From assembly GCA_020854265.1 (NCBI GenBank), contig JADZFU010000003.1:28408-92407 (forward strand): DNA of 64,000 nt. The letters are read 5' to 3'. A program made the position numbers and the translations under genes. This document shows positions 38,323 through 47,026 of the stretch, in pieces. The notes beneath the pieces are model-generated. The model made no database searches and was not told where the DNA came from. It saw only the letters and a program-made list of their open reading frames with translations. The stretch is from Candidatus Uhrbacteria bacterium. GTDB lineage: Bacteria > Patescibacteriota > Patescibacteriia > 2-12-FULL-60-25. Position 1 is the first letter of the stretch; the number at the start of each line of letters is the position of its first letter.

Positions 38323-38793
38323 ATGGACCTCAAAACCCATTCCTACCTCCTCGCCATCTGCTTCGCGTTCAGCCTGCTGCCGGCTCCCGCCCTCGCCCAG
38401 TACGACGAGTACATCAGCCAGGCATCCGAGCTCTACGACATCCCCGAAGCCTTCATCCGTGCGGTCATCCGCGTGGAGAGCAACTTCAACCCGCGCTGCC
38501 GTTCGAGCGTCGGGGCCATGGGGCTCATGCAGCTGATGCCGGAAACGGCTCGTAGCATGGGAGTCACGCATCCCTTCGATCCGTACCAGAACATCATGGG
38601 CGGGACCCAGTTTCTGCGGATCCTCGCCAACCGCTACAGCGGCAACGAGTTTCTCGTGCTCGCGGCCTACAACGCAGGTGCAGGACGCGTCGATCTCTAC
38701 TTGAGCGGACGCCGTTCGCTCCCCGAGATCACGGTCACGCGCTACATCCCGCGGGTGCTGAGCCGCTTCCGCGAGTACTCGGCCCGCACCTAG
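38323..38793 (+). CDS. Lytic transglycosylase (SLT domain), secreted
   Basis: Signal peptide ...LLPAPALA. Catalytic IRVESNFNP, GAMGLMQLMPETA and AAYNAGAGRV. The gene starts 11 nt after the previous gene with its own AGGAGA. This is the only junction in the island without a cassette. Confidence 0.85.
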   Translation: MDLKTHSYLLAICFAFSLLPAPALAQYDEYISQASELYDIPEAFIRAVIRVESNFNPRCRSSVGAMGLMQLMPETARSMGVTHPFDPYQNIMGGTQFLRILANRYSGNEFLVLAAYNAGAGRVDLYLSGRRSLPEITVTRYIPRVLSRFREYSART

Positions 38794-38809
38794 TCCTTTC
38801 TTCTGAGGT

Positions 38810-38885
38810 CCTGACATGCACACTTCGTGTCAGGCCTCCACACCGAATGCTGACAATCCCGTCGGCAGTCGGTTCCGGAGGATCC
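38810..38885 (+). repeat. Leader cassette H
   Basis: SL1 cctgaca/tgtcagg, CCTCCacaccg, SL2 gctgac-AATCCC-gtcggc, tccGGAGG (38877-38881), ATG 38886. Confidence 0.7.
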
Positions 38886-39353
38886 ATGAAGAACCTGTCC
38901 CTGCTCCTTCTCACCGCCGTCGCGGCCATCGGCTGCGCCGGCCCCGTCGAGCCCGCCTCCGTCGAGGAGGCGCTCGTCACCTACACCGTGACCTTCGACG
39001 TCGGCGACATCGAGACCAACACCGTCCGCATCATGCTCTGCGACACCGCGACCGGCATGTGCGAGATCGGCGAGCCCGAGGGCTGCCGCTTCATCGACGA
39101 CGCGCCCGTCTCCGGCCACGCCTGCGACATCTCGGTCCCGGACGGCGACATGCTGGCCTTCAACATCCAGCTCGACAACGGCTTCGTCTGCGAGCTCGAC
39201 GACGACGAGTGCGCGCGCCTCGGATCCGTGCACGTCTTCCGCGACGGCGCTCCGGTCCCGCTCGAGCGCGACATCCACGGGGAGTTCTGCAACTTCCTGG
39301 TGATGCCCGACGCGATCGCCATCCCGCACGCCGCCGCGCCCGAAGGCATCTAG
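38886..39353 (+). CDS. Lipoprotein, hypothetical (155 aa)
   Basis: MKNLSLLLLTAVAAIGC lipobox. Cys-containing small domain. Confidence 0.6.
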   Translation: MKNLSLLLLTAVAAIGCAGPVEPASVEEALVTYTVTFDVGDIETNTVRIMLCDTATGMCEIGEPEGCRFIDDAPVSGHACDISVPDGDMLAFNIQLDNGFVCELDDDECARLGSVHVFRDGAPVPLERDIHGEFCNFLVMPDAIAIPHAAAPEGI

Positions 39354-39377
39354 CTCTTCCTCGTTCCTTCCCAGAGA

Positions 39378-39457
39378 CCTGACATGGTTCACTCTGTGTC
39401 AGGCCTCCTCTCCGCCTTGTCATCAATTTCGATGGCAGGCCGAAGCTGGAGGTTTAC
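39378..39457 (+). repeat. Leader cassette I
   Basis: SL1 cctgaca/tgtcagg, CCTCCTCTCCGCC, SL2 ttgtcatc-AATTTC-gatggcag, GGCCGAAGCTGGAGG, ATG 39458. Confidence 0.75.
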
Positions 39458-41797
39458 ATGTTCCTTCGACACTTCAGTTTGATGGTTCTGTTCGTCAGCG
39501 TGATCGGCTGCGGCACGTCGCACCTCGCGACCATGTCCGACTCCGGCACCCCGCCCGTCATGGGCGATGCCGGTCCGCCGGTCACCGGCCGCGACAGCGG
39601 CTTCTACGAGTGGCCCGACAGCGGCCCGGTCATCCCCGGCAGCGATGCCGGTACGGATGCGGGTACCGATGCCGGACCCATCGTCGAGACGGCGCTCCGC
39701 ATCGTCTTCGACGGTCCGGCCGACTCGACCTACCTCCGCGGTTCGCAGGATGTGGTCATGTACCACTTCACACTCACCGCCTACGAGGATCTCGAGATCC
39801 GCCGCATCCCGTTCACGCTCGAAGGCCTCACCGCCGCCGACCGCATCGTCGGTTCGGCAGGTACCGAGTACTTCCGTGATCTCAAGATCAAGGATGCCGA
39901 CACCGGCATGACCGTCATGGGGCCAATCAGCCTCGGCGACGGTTCATTCCCCGGCATCTTCGCCGATTCCTTCGTCATCCACGCAGGCGAGACCCGTCAC
40001 TTCATCGTGACCATGGATCTCGCCAACACGGAAGACGCAGCCAACGAGTTCTACGGCGACGGTAACAACCGCTACCGTGTGACCATCGGCCAAGACGGCC
40101 GCTTCTTCCAAGCGAGCGGCGTCCGCCGTATCGCCACGGGGGAGTTCATCACCCCCGAGGAGATCGAGAACAACGTGGTCATTCCCGGCAACGAGATGAC
40201 CATCGTCGACGCCGAGCTCGCGGTCGCCATGGCGGCGATCCCGTCGCTTACCATGGCGGTCAGCAACGAGCCGCTCATCCCGAGCGTCGGTCTCGTGTTC
40301 ACCGCCTCCGAGTTCTCCGATGTCCTGGTCCGCTCCGTGCGGCTCTCGGGTGTCGGGAATCTCGACGGCACCGACTCGGCTTCGGAGCTGAACGATGTCA
40401 TCACCGCGTGCGCCCTCTTCAATGGGGACGTGCAGGTGGGGCTGGCACAGACACCCGACGCCGTGACCGGCTCGATGCTCATCACGAACGTGAATGTGAC
40501 CGTCCCATCCGGTGCTTCCGTGACGCTCGTCGCCCGCTGTACCGCGGATTCCGTGGTCGCTGGCGAGTACGACATCTACACCATCGGCATCGCCGATGAC
40601 TCGCATGTCGTGGCCGAGCGCACCGACGGATCGTCCGTCTTCCCAGCTGTGGGCACGAGCCTTCTGAACAACGCGCTCATCTCGACCGGCAACTTCGTCA
40701 TCGTACACGATCATGGATTGGTCACGGTGCAGACCAACAGTCTCCGTCAGTCCACCATCCTCGTCGCCGGACCCGACGTCTGGCAGAACATGGCGCAGTT
40801 CCGCATCACGGCCCAGTACGAGCCCATCGAGCTCGAGATCGTACGCATCACCTCGCGCGGCGAGGCTGCCTCGTTCACCGAGGTAGCGGTTGCTGTCGAC
40901 GGTGCCATTCGTGGCAGCTGTATCCTGCCGGCAGGCACGGATCGTTCCTGCGACGCGCATCTCGATGACGTCTTCCGCGTCTCGCGTGACAGCGGTCGCG
41001 TCATGCAGCTCTGGGCACGCGTCTCGCATGTCGTCTCGTCGGCTTCGGTCGGCGGGGCAACCTCGGGCGTCGCTCGTTCCGGCAACCGCATCCGGCTCGG
41101 CATCGCAGCCGATGTCGAAAGCGGGGAGTGGGATCCGAGTTATGTCGGTATGCTCAACATGCGCTTCACTGGTGTCATGTCTGGCGACCGGCTCTTGGCC
41201 GACGGCCCCGAGCTCATCGGCAACGAGTTCGTCGTGCGGCGCACCAAGCCCACGGTCACGCGCCTGCCGCTCTCGACCGCCACCATCGCCAATGGCGTCG
41301 ATCAGGACCTGTACCGGTTCCAGATCTCCGCCAACAGCGCCGGCTCGGTCGGCCTCATGGGCTTCACCTTCATGGTGGATCGTCCGGCCGGTACGAGTAT
41401 CGGCCTCAGGATCCGTCGAGGAGCCACGGACATCCCCACCGTGAGTACCGGATATCCTGACGGAATGGTGACTCTCCAATTCCTCAGCGAAGAGGTGATC
41501 ACCGGTTCCGGCAACGTCTACACCGTGCACGGTGTCCTCGATGGTTTTGCCATCGGTGACGCGATCAGTATCACGCCGTATCGTGACTTCGCCTCCGCAA
41601 ATGCGGTGACCGGTTACGTCGCGAGCGACCGCCTGCTGCTCGAGACCGCCACGGGCTCCTTGTTCACCGGGCTTCTCTGGTCCGACATGTCGGAGATCCC
41701 GCACTCGTCCGCGACGCGGATGATGGGCGGCTCCTTCGACTGGACCGGCGACACCTTCGTCGAAGACCTGACACAGACCCAGGTCCTCACGCGCTAG
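39458..41797 (+). CDS. Large lipoprotein / surface protein (779 aa)
   Basis: Lipobox VSVIGC. Linker DAGPPV...FYEWPDSGP...DAGTDAGTDAGP. Repeated beta-rich modules. C-terminal motif LLWSDMSEIPHS...FDWTGD, shared with the 48190 gene. Confidence 0.7.
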   Translation: MFLRHFSLMVLFVSVIGCGTSHLATMSDSGTPPVMGDAGPPVTGRDSGFYEWPDSGPVIPGSDAGTDAGTDAGPIVETALRIVFDGPADSTYLRGSQDVVMYHFTLTAYEDLEIRRIPFTLEGLTAADRIVGSAGTEYFRDLKIKDADTGMTVMGPISLGDGSFPGIFADSFVIHAGETRHFIVTMDLANTEDAANEFYGDGNNRYRVTIGQDGRFFQASGVRRIATGEFITPEEIENNVVIPGNEMTIVDAELAVAMAAIPSLTMAVSNEPLIPSVGLVFTASEFSDVLVRSVRLSGVGNLDGTDSASELNDVITACALFNGDVQVGLAQTPDAVTGSMLITNVNVTVPSGASVTLVARCTADSVVAGEYDIYTIGIADDSHVVAERTDGSSVFPAVGTSLLNNALISTGNFVIVHDHGLVTVQTNSLRQSTILVAGPDVWQNMAQFRITAQYEPIELEIVRITSRGEAASFTEVAVAVDGAIRGSCILPAGTDRSCDAHLDDVFRVSRDSGRVMQLWARVSHVVSSASVGGATSGVARSGNRIRLGIAADVESGEWDPSYVGMLNMRFTGVMSGDRLLADGPELIGNEFVVRRTKPTVTRLPLSTATIANGVDQDLYRFQISANSAGSVGLMGFTFMVDRPAGTSIGLRIRRGATDIPTVSTGYPDGMVTLQFLSEEVITGSGNVYTVHGVLDGFAIGDAISITPYRDFASANAVTGYVASDRLLLETATGSLFTGLLWSDMSEIPHSSATRMMGGSFDWTGDTFVEDLTQTQVLTR

Positions 41798-41811
41798 TTC
41801 CTTCCCTGAGT

Positions 41812-41886
41812 CCTGACACGCACACTTTGTGTCAGGCCTCCTCTCCGCCTGCTGACATTTCGTCGGCGGCCGAAGCTGGAGGTTCC
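41812..41886 (+). repeat. Leader cassette J (archetype)
   Basis: SL1 cctgacac-gcacacttt-gtgtcagg, CCTCCTCTCCGCC, SL2 tgctgac-ATTTC-gtcggcg, GGCCGAAGCTGGAGG (SD 41878-41882), ATG 41887. Confidence 0.8.
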
Positions 41887-42333
41887 ATGTTCCTTCGATA
41901 CACGGTCTTCACGGTCCTGTCGCTCTTCCTTCTGGGCCTGTCCCAGACCGCACGAGCCCAGACGACCGAAGCCTGCTACACGGGTCCGCCCGGCACCGCA
42001 GGAGTCGGCGTCTGTCGTTCCGGCTCCCGATCTCTGGTCGACGGTCCTTGCGACGGCGAGGTGCTGCCCTGGATAGATGTCCCGGACAACGGGATCGACG
42101 AAGACTGCAGTGGTGCGGACCTCACGTTGCTGGCCTGCGGCGCTCCCTTCGAGGAAGAAGCGTCCTTCTCCCTCGCCAATCATCGGCCGGTGATCACGGG
42201 AGTGATCATACTGTCACTGGCTACGCTCACCGCTCTCATCGTTCTCATCTTGCGGAGACGGAAAACCATCCGTCAGCGCGATATCGTGACGGAGCGGATA
42301 CCGCGTTACACTCGTAACAAAGATGAAGTCTAA
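41887..42333 (+). CDS. Secreted Cys-rich protein with a C-terminal TM anchor (148 aa)
   Basis: Signal peptide MFLRYTVFTVLSLFLLGLSQTARA. Cys-rich GVGVCRSGSRSLVDGPCDGEVLPWIDVPDNGIDEDCSG. TM segment VITGVIILSLATLTALIVLIL, then RRRK. Confidence 0.6.
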   Translation: MFLRYTVFTVLSLFLLGLSQTARAQTTEACYTGPPGTAGVGVCRSGSRSLVDGPCDGEVLPWIDVPDNGIDEDCSGADLTLLACGAPFEEEASFSLANHRPVITGVIILSLATLTALIVLILRRRKTIRQRDIVTERIPRYTRNKDEV

Positions 42334-42340
42334 CCGAGCT

Positions 42341-42418
42341 CCGACGTTGTTCACTCAACGTCGGACCTCCTCTCCGCCTTGTCATCAATTTTGATGGCAG
42401 GCCGAAGCTGGAGGGTCG
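42341..42418 (+). repeat. Leader cassette K
   Basis: SL1 ccgacgttg/caacgtcgg, aCCTCCTCTCCGCC, SL2 ttgtcatc-AATTTT-gatggcag, GGCCGAAGCTGGAGG, ATG 42419. Confidence 0.75.
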
Positions 42419-43123
42419 ATGAACGACCGTACTTTGGAAAAGACGCGCATCATGGGTGCCAATGAGGTGCCCGTTCGTATCGAAGCGCCGCCGGAACATG
42501 ACAATTCTCCCCCTGCCTGGAGCCCCGTTCAGGCCGCCCTGCTTGGAGCGGCGGCAAGCATGGCTGTGGTGATTATTTGCGCAGTCGGTCCCATCATTGG
42601 TTTCCTCGCGCGTGAACACGTGCAGGACACCGGAGTCGCGAGCGTATCGGAGGATGTCGCCTCTACATCCGAGCGAACCGTCGCCGTGCTCGGCATCGAG
42701 TCGATTGATTTCGATGATCGGCTTGCCCGCGAGCTGACGCAGGAGCTTCGTCACGCAGTCGGCACGCATCGAGGTTGGCGCACGCATCCAACGCGGGCAA
42801 CAATCCTCGGACTTACAATCGCTTTCGAATGTGATCCACGTACCATGAGATGTCTTGAACGGATGGCGACCGAGCTAGGGACAGATCGATTGGTATTCGG
42901 GTACATGCACCGGGTAAATCCGTTGGATGGACGCGAACAAAACACATTCCGTTACGAGCTCTTCAGCTACGACGTGGAGGCAGGTGACATTGTCGCCATT
43001 ACCGAGGGGAATTTAGCGATAAGCGAATATTCCTTCGAAGAGCTTGCACAAGTTGCAGACGATTCAAGTGTGGTTCTTCTTGATGAAGTCGACGGCGAGG
43101 AAGCGCATGCATCCGACCCTTGA
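42419..43123 (+). CDS. Membrane-anchored hypothetical protein (234 aa)
   Basis: One TM segment (AALLGAAASMAVVIICAVGPIIGFL). The extracytoplasmic domain resembles the N-terminal domain of the 47110 gene (VAVLGIESIDFDD... versus YLGLDALEFDD...). Confidence 0.55.
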   Translation: MNDRTLEKTRIMGANEVPVRIEAPPEHDNSPPAWSPVQAALLGAAASMAVVIICAVGPIIGFLAREHVQDTGVASVSEDVASTSERTVAVLGIESIDFDDRLARELTQELRHAVGTHRGWRTHPTRATILGLTIAFECDPRTMRCLERMATELGTDRLVFGYMHRVNPLDGREQNTFRYELFSYDVEAGDIVAITEGNLAISEYSFEELAQVADDSSVVLLDEVDGEEAHASDP

Positions 43124-43226
43124 GCGCGTGCTCCGTATGGTCATCATCCTGATCATCGCGATCGTACTCCTCATCGATGTCCTGATCGCGCTCCATTCAA
43201 TCTTCAACTCGCTCCTTTCCCGATAA
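43107..43226 (+). CDS. Tiny hydrophobic peptide (39 aa), candidate
   Basis: MHPTLERVLRMVIILIIAIVLLIDVLIALHSIFNSLLSR*. GAGGAA lies 4 nt upstream. It overlaps the end of the 42419 gene in another frame. Cassette L begins right after its TAA, as cassettes do after real stop codons. Confidence 0.3.
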   Translation: MHPTLERVLRMVIILIIAIVLLIDVLIALHSIFNSLLSR

Positions 43227-43229
43227 GGT

Positions 43230-43304
43230 CCGACCTTGTTCACTCAACGTCGGACCTCCTCTCCGCCTGCTGACATTTCGTCGGCGGCCGAAGCTGGAGG
43301 TTCC
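43230..43304 (+). repeat. Leader cassette L
   Basis: SL1 ccgaccttg/caacgtcgg (1 mismatch), aCCTCCTCTCCGCC, SL2 tgctgac-ATTTC-gtcggcg, GGCCGAAGCTGGAGG, ATG 43305. 57 nt are identical to cassette J. Confidence 0.8.
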
Positions 43305-43823
43305 ATGTTCCATCCCGACCCCAACATTCGTTCCATCGAAGAGCGCAACATGAGCTGGGCGGCCAACGCCTGCTCGTTCATGCGCGAGCTCGATCAGGAG
43401 CTCCTCAAGTACGATCGTCTCGGCAAGTTCGCCTTCATGCACGATTCTCTCGACGATCTGCTTGCCCTGCGCGAGATCGATCTGCTCGTCGTGTGCGCCA
43501 TGACGGCAATCGTCGTCCGCGCCGAGGACGCGCTCTGCAAGTCATCCGAGCCGTACAAGGCCTCGGTCCGCTTCGGCGGATACGGCGCCCGTCCGCGCCT
43601 ATTGTTCGTGGATGTGGTAGGCATGTTCCTGCCGCTGGCCGAAGAGCCGGTCTTGGTCGGCGACATCAGCCGCCGTACGCACCTCACGAGCACGCAGTCG
43701 CTTCTGCTCCTGCGGGCCATGGCCTGCTACTTCGATCGCGAGCCGCCCGAGAGCTGGGGCCGTCTGGTCTTCGAACGGATCGAGAACGGCGCCATCAACG
43801 CCAAGCTCGCACCAATCGATTGA
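43305..43823 (+). CDS. Hypothetical protein (172 aa), no signal peptide
   Basis: ATG 4 nt after GGAGG. No domain recognised. Confidence 0.55.
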   Translation: MFHPDPNIRSIEERNMSWAANACSFMRELDQELLKYDRLGKFAFMHDSLDDLLALREIDLLVVCAMTAIVVRAEDALCKSSEPYKASVRFGGYGARPRLLFVDVVGMFLPLAEEPVLVGDISRRTHLTSTQSLLLLRAMACYFDREPPESWGRLVFERIENGAINAKLAPID

Positions 43824-43849
43824 GCCTGCTACGTTCATTCAGTCTGAGG

Positions 43850-43933
43850 CCGTCCGCAATCCTGCGCGACGGACCTCCTCTCCGCTCTCCGAACAGCATA
43901 GGGCTGCTCGGGGGCCGGATCTGGAGGGTTCGC
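43850..43933 (+). repeat. Leader cassette M (divergent stem-loop 2)
   Basis: SL1 ccgtccgc/gcgcgacgg, aCCTCCTCTCCGCtctcc, SL2 cgaacagc-ATAGGG-gctgctcg, gggGGCCGGATCTGGAGG, ATG 43934. Confidence 0.6.
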
Positions 43934-44974
43934 ATGTACCTTCGTCAATTCGTTCTCGGTCTATTGGTTCTACTCATCGTCACGGGCTGTGGCCCGTCGG
44001 ATCCACCGGATGAGATTCCGGATCTCACCGTCTCGCTTTCGGTGGGCACACCGAGCGGAAGCACGGTCCCGGCGAACGCCTCGAGCGTACGCATGGCCCT
44101 CTTCGTCTTCGAGGCGGGTAGGCGGTCCATCCAGCTCGAAGGGCTGCAGCTGCGTCACATCGGCGTCGGCTCCTTCGCGGATCTGCAGAACGTCTACCTC
44201 TACGACTTCTACACCGGCCTGCGGCTCACACCCGGCCGCGCGGTCGATGCGTCTACCGGCAATGTCCAGTTCTATCTGCCCATGGAAGCAGACCGAACCA
44301 TTCCGGCCGAGAGCAGTCGGACGTTCATGATCGTCGCCGACTTCGATGCCGCTTCGCTTGGAGGACAGCATGGGTTCGAGCTGGTAGCCGCCACGGCCAT
44401 CCACTCATCCGATGCGCCTGCCATCGAAGGCGAGTTCCCGCTCACCGCCAGTCTCTTCACGGTCGGTATGCCGGGGCCTCGCATCGATGTCCGCAGCGGA
44501 GCGGCGCCTGCCGACCCGTCCATCGGTTCAACCGATGTCGAGATCTCGAGCTTCACGCTCACCGCCTCAGATCGAGCGGTCGATCTCGCACACATCACGG
44601 TTTCCGAGACCGGTTCGATTGCAGCTGAAGACCTCACCGATCTTCGGCTCTATGTCGGCACCGAGCTCGTGTCTTCCGATATGGATGTAGACCCGCTCTA
44701 CAACCACATCGCATTCGGCTTCCCTGTGCCCTTCCGCCTCGAAGCCGATGCACCCATCGAATTCTCGGTACGCGCCACGGTCGGCGGTCCTCCGGGTCGC
44801 ATCATCCGTACGTGCATCGAGTATCCGGTCGATGTCTATGCAGTCGATGCCGAAACCGGTGGGGAAGCGGCCGTCTGCATCTCGCCACTCGCGGATGGGG
44901 GATGTTCGGCGCCCGGCCAAGGCTCCTTCAACGGAACCGTGCCGGGAACCTATATCTCGGTCACCACCCGTTAG
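43934..44974 (+). CDS. Lipoprotein, hypothetical (346 aa)
   Basis: MYLRQFVLGLLVLLIVTGC lipobox. Beta-rich modules similar in style to the 39458, 34709 and 48190 genes. Confidence 0.65.
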   Translation: MYLRQFVLGLLVLLIVTGCGPSDPPDEIPDLTVSLSVGTPSGSTVPANASSVRMALFVFEAGRRSIQLEGLQLRHIGVGSFADLQNVYLYDFYTGLRLTPGRAVDASTGNVQFYLPMEADRTIPAESSRTFMIVADFDAASLGGQHGFELVAATAIHSSDAPAIEGEFPLTASLFTVGMPGPRIDVRSGAAPADPSIGSTDVEISSFTLTASDRAVDLAHITVSETGSIAAEDLTDLRLYVGTELVSSDMDVDPLYNHIAFGFPVPFRLEADAPIEFSVRATVGGPPGRIIRTCIEYPVDVYAVDAETGGEAAVCISPLADGGCSAPGQGSFNGTVPGTYISVTTR

Positions 44975-44989
44975 TTCTTTCTCCCGAGT

Positions 44990-45066
44990 CCTGACACGCA
45001 CACTCCGTGTCAGGCCTCCTCTCCGCCTGCCCATCATGTCGATGGGCGGCCGAAGATGGAGGGAAC
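44990..45066 (+). repeat. Leader cassette N
   Basis: SL1 cctgacac-gcacactcc-gtgtcagg, CCTCCTCTCCGCC, SL2 tgcccatc-ATGTC-gatgggcg, GGCCGAAGATGGAGG, ATG 45067. Confidence 0.75.
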
Positions 45067-45936
45067 ATGTTCATTCGACTGTTCAAGAAGTTCTTCCTGC
45101 CGATCATGCTCGATCGCCGATACTTCATCGGCGGCGAGTTCATCGAGAACGCGGGCATGATCAACGCCGAACGCTTCCGCGATTTCTATCGCAGCATGCG
45201 GACGGGTCGCAACTTCACGTTGACGATCTTCCCGTATCTCGCGCTCGCCTTGCTCGTGTCGCTCGTGACTTGGTCGCTCCCGGTCGCTGCCGCCTGTTTC
45301 GGCGCCTTCACGGCCTTCCTGGTCGTCGACGGGGTGCATCTGCACGACCGTTGGGTGAACGCCAGAACCTGCGTGTCGAACGGGACCTACCGGGAACACG
45401 CCTCGACCCCGGGCAAGTTCTTTCTCTTGCCCGGAGCATGGCTCGTACCGCTAGTCGCCTGCGTGGCGCTCTTCCGCGCCGCCTACGTGTTCACCCCGGT
45501 CGCGCACGACGTCATCACGACCCAGGTGCCCGAGCCTCGCCCGAGCTCGCACTTCATCTCCTTCATCGCGACGGATCTCGACATCGAGCAAGAGCTCGCC
45601 GCCGAGATGATGAGCCTCGAGTTCAACGACGAGATGTGGGACCGGGGAAGGGGAGGCGACCACGCAAACAACCAGGCGATCGTCATCGCCATGGGGTGCC
45701 GCTACTTCGACCAAGCCTGCATCCGGAACGTCTCCGAGTACACGCAAGCCGATCACACCTACTTCGGCTTCGTGAACCGCATGTACACCTTCGAAGGCGA
45801 AGTCTTCGCGGTCGACATCTACCGCTTCGACCGCCGTTCCGGGGAGACCATCCACGAGAGCTACGACTGCGGAGGCAACATTCGCTCAGGTCAGTACTGC
45901 ATGGACCTCGCCGCCGAGTACTTCTCGCACCTTTGA
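45067..45936 (+). CDS. Integral membrane hypothetical protein (289 aa)
   Basis: MFIRLFKKFF... with hydrophobic segments (TIFPYLALALLVSLVTWSLPVAAACFGAFTAFLVV and FFLLPGAWLVPLVACVALF), then a soluble C-terminal domain. Confidence 0.55.
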   Translation: MFIRLFKKFFLPIMLDRRYFIGGEFIENAGMINAERFRDFYRSMRTGRNFTLTIFPYLALALLVSLVTWSLPVAAACFGAFTAFLVVDGVHLHDRWVNARTCVSNGTYREHASTPGKFFLLPGAWLVPLVACVALFRAAYVFTPVAHDVITTQVPEPRPSSHFISFIATDLDIEQELAAEMMSLEFNDEMWDRGRGGDHANNQAIVIAMGCRYFDQACIRNVSEYTQADHTYFGFVNRMYTFEGEVFAVDIYRFDRRSGETIHESYDCGGNIRSGQYCMDLAAEYFSHL

Positions 45937-45970
45937 TGTCATTCCCGCGAAAGCGGGAATCCACTCTAGA

Positions 45971-46048
45971 GCCGACGTTGTTCGCTCAACGTCGGCTCTC
46001 CTCTCCGCCTCGCGATCACGGTGATCGCGGGCCGAAGATGGAGGGCTA
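45971..46048 (+). repeat. Leader cassette O
   Basis: Preceded by an extra hairpin attcccgc-GAAA-gcgggaat (45941-45960). SL1 gccgacgttg/caacgtcggc, tCTCCTCTCCGCC, SL2 cgcgat-cacggtg-atcgcg, GGCCGAAGATGGAGG, ATG 46049. Confidence 0.75.
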
Positions 46049-47008
46049 ATGAAGCGCGGTAACAAGCACGTTCCCAAAAAGTCCGCCCCGACTCGATCTA
46101 CGTCATCTTGGTTCAACAAGGTGTTGGTGATTGTCGTCGGAGCACTCGCGATCATGTTCGCCTACGGCCATTTCCATGGACGTGGCGGCACGACTCGCTC
46201 TCGGCGTGCTCACGCCTCACCTCCCTCGCACCGTAGCCTGCCCGAGACTCCGAACGTGAACGAGATCCGCCGTGCGCAGTATGCGCTGCTTCGCTCAATC
46301 GTGGACGAGGACGCGGAAGGTCGTGAACTTCTCGAGTTCTTTGGCAGCTACGCACGCTACGGCATCCTGCTGGGAGACGGAATGATGACGGATATCCCAA
46401 CCGTCCCGGAGGGAATGCCCTCAGCGGAGGGTGACCCGATGAACTTCACGGTCGTCGTGTCCACCCAACGCCAGCGGATGGAGAACGGCATCAACTCTAT
46501 TTCTCCATGGGAGTTTCTTCACGAGCATGCTCTGCTCTTCGTTCCACCGAATTGGTCGGATCAGTCCGATCAAGTCGCTGGCGCCGTCTTTGCTCACGAG
46601 CTCAGACATGCCTTCGATCACGCACGCGGTATCCAGCCCGTACGCGCGACGCCGCGTGAAGTGATCGAGGGAGAGCTACGAGCCTATTCGCTCGAGATCA
46701 GACTTCTCAATCTCGCCAACGCGGGTCGAGTCGACTCGGTCCTCGGGTCAATCATCGCTTCTCGAACCGAGTGGACGGAAGATCCGGAAGCATGCGTCTT
46801 GATGGGCGACCTACGCGATGAAGAGAAGCAGGACTTCATCGATGCCTTCCACGGCATCCGCTCCGAAGACCTGTCGCCGCTCATCGTGCTTCTGCCAATC
46901 GGACTCAACCAAAGGTTGGCAGAATCCCACTCTTCCGATCTCGCGACAAGAGCAGAATGCTTGGAGCGATATCTGGAAGACCAGGCTCGTCGAGCTCGTA
47001 TGCTCTGA
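46049..47008 (+). CDS. Membrane-anchored protein with an HExxH motif (possible zinc metallopeptidase)
   Basis: N-terminal TM segment VLVIVVGALAIMFAY. FAHELRHAFDH contains HExxH. No further family assignment is possible by eye. Confidence 0.5.
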   Translation: MKRGNKHVPKKSAPTRSTSSWFNKVLVIVVGALAIMFAYGHFHGRGGTTRSRRAHASPPSHRSLPETPNVNEIRRAQYALLRSIVDEDAEGRELLEFFGSYARYGILLGDGMMTDIPTVPEGMPSAEGDPMNFTVVVSTQRQRMENGINSISPWEFLHEHALLFVPPNWSDQSDQVAGAVFAHELRHAFDHARGIQPVRATPREVIEGELRAYSLEIRLLNLANAGRVDSVLGSIIASRTEWTEDPEACVLMGDLRDEEKQDFIDAFHGIRSEDLSPLIVLLPIGLNQRLAESHSSDLATRAECLERYLEDQARRARML

Positions 47009-47026
47009 AGTGCCATTATCCGAAGT

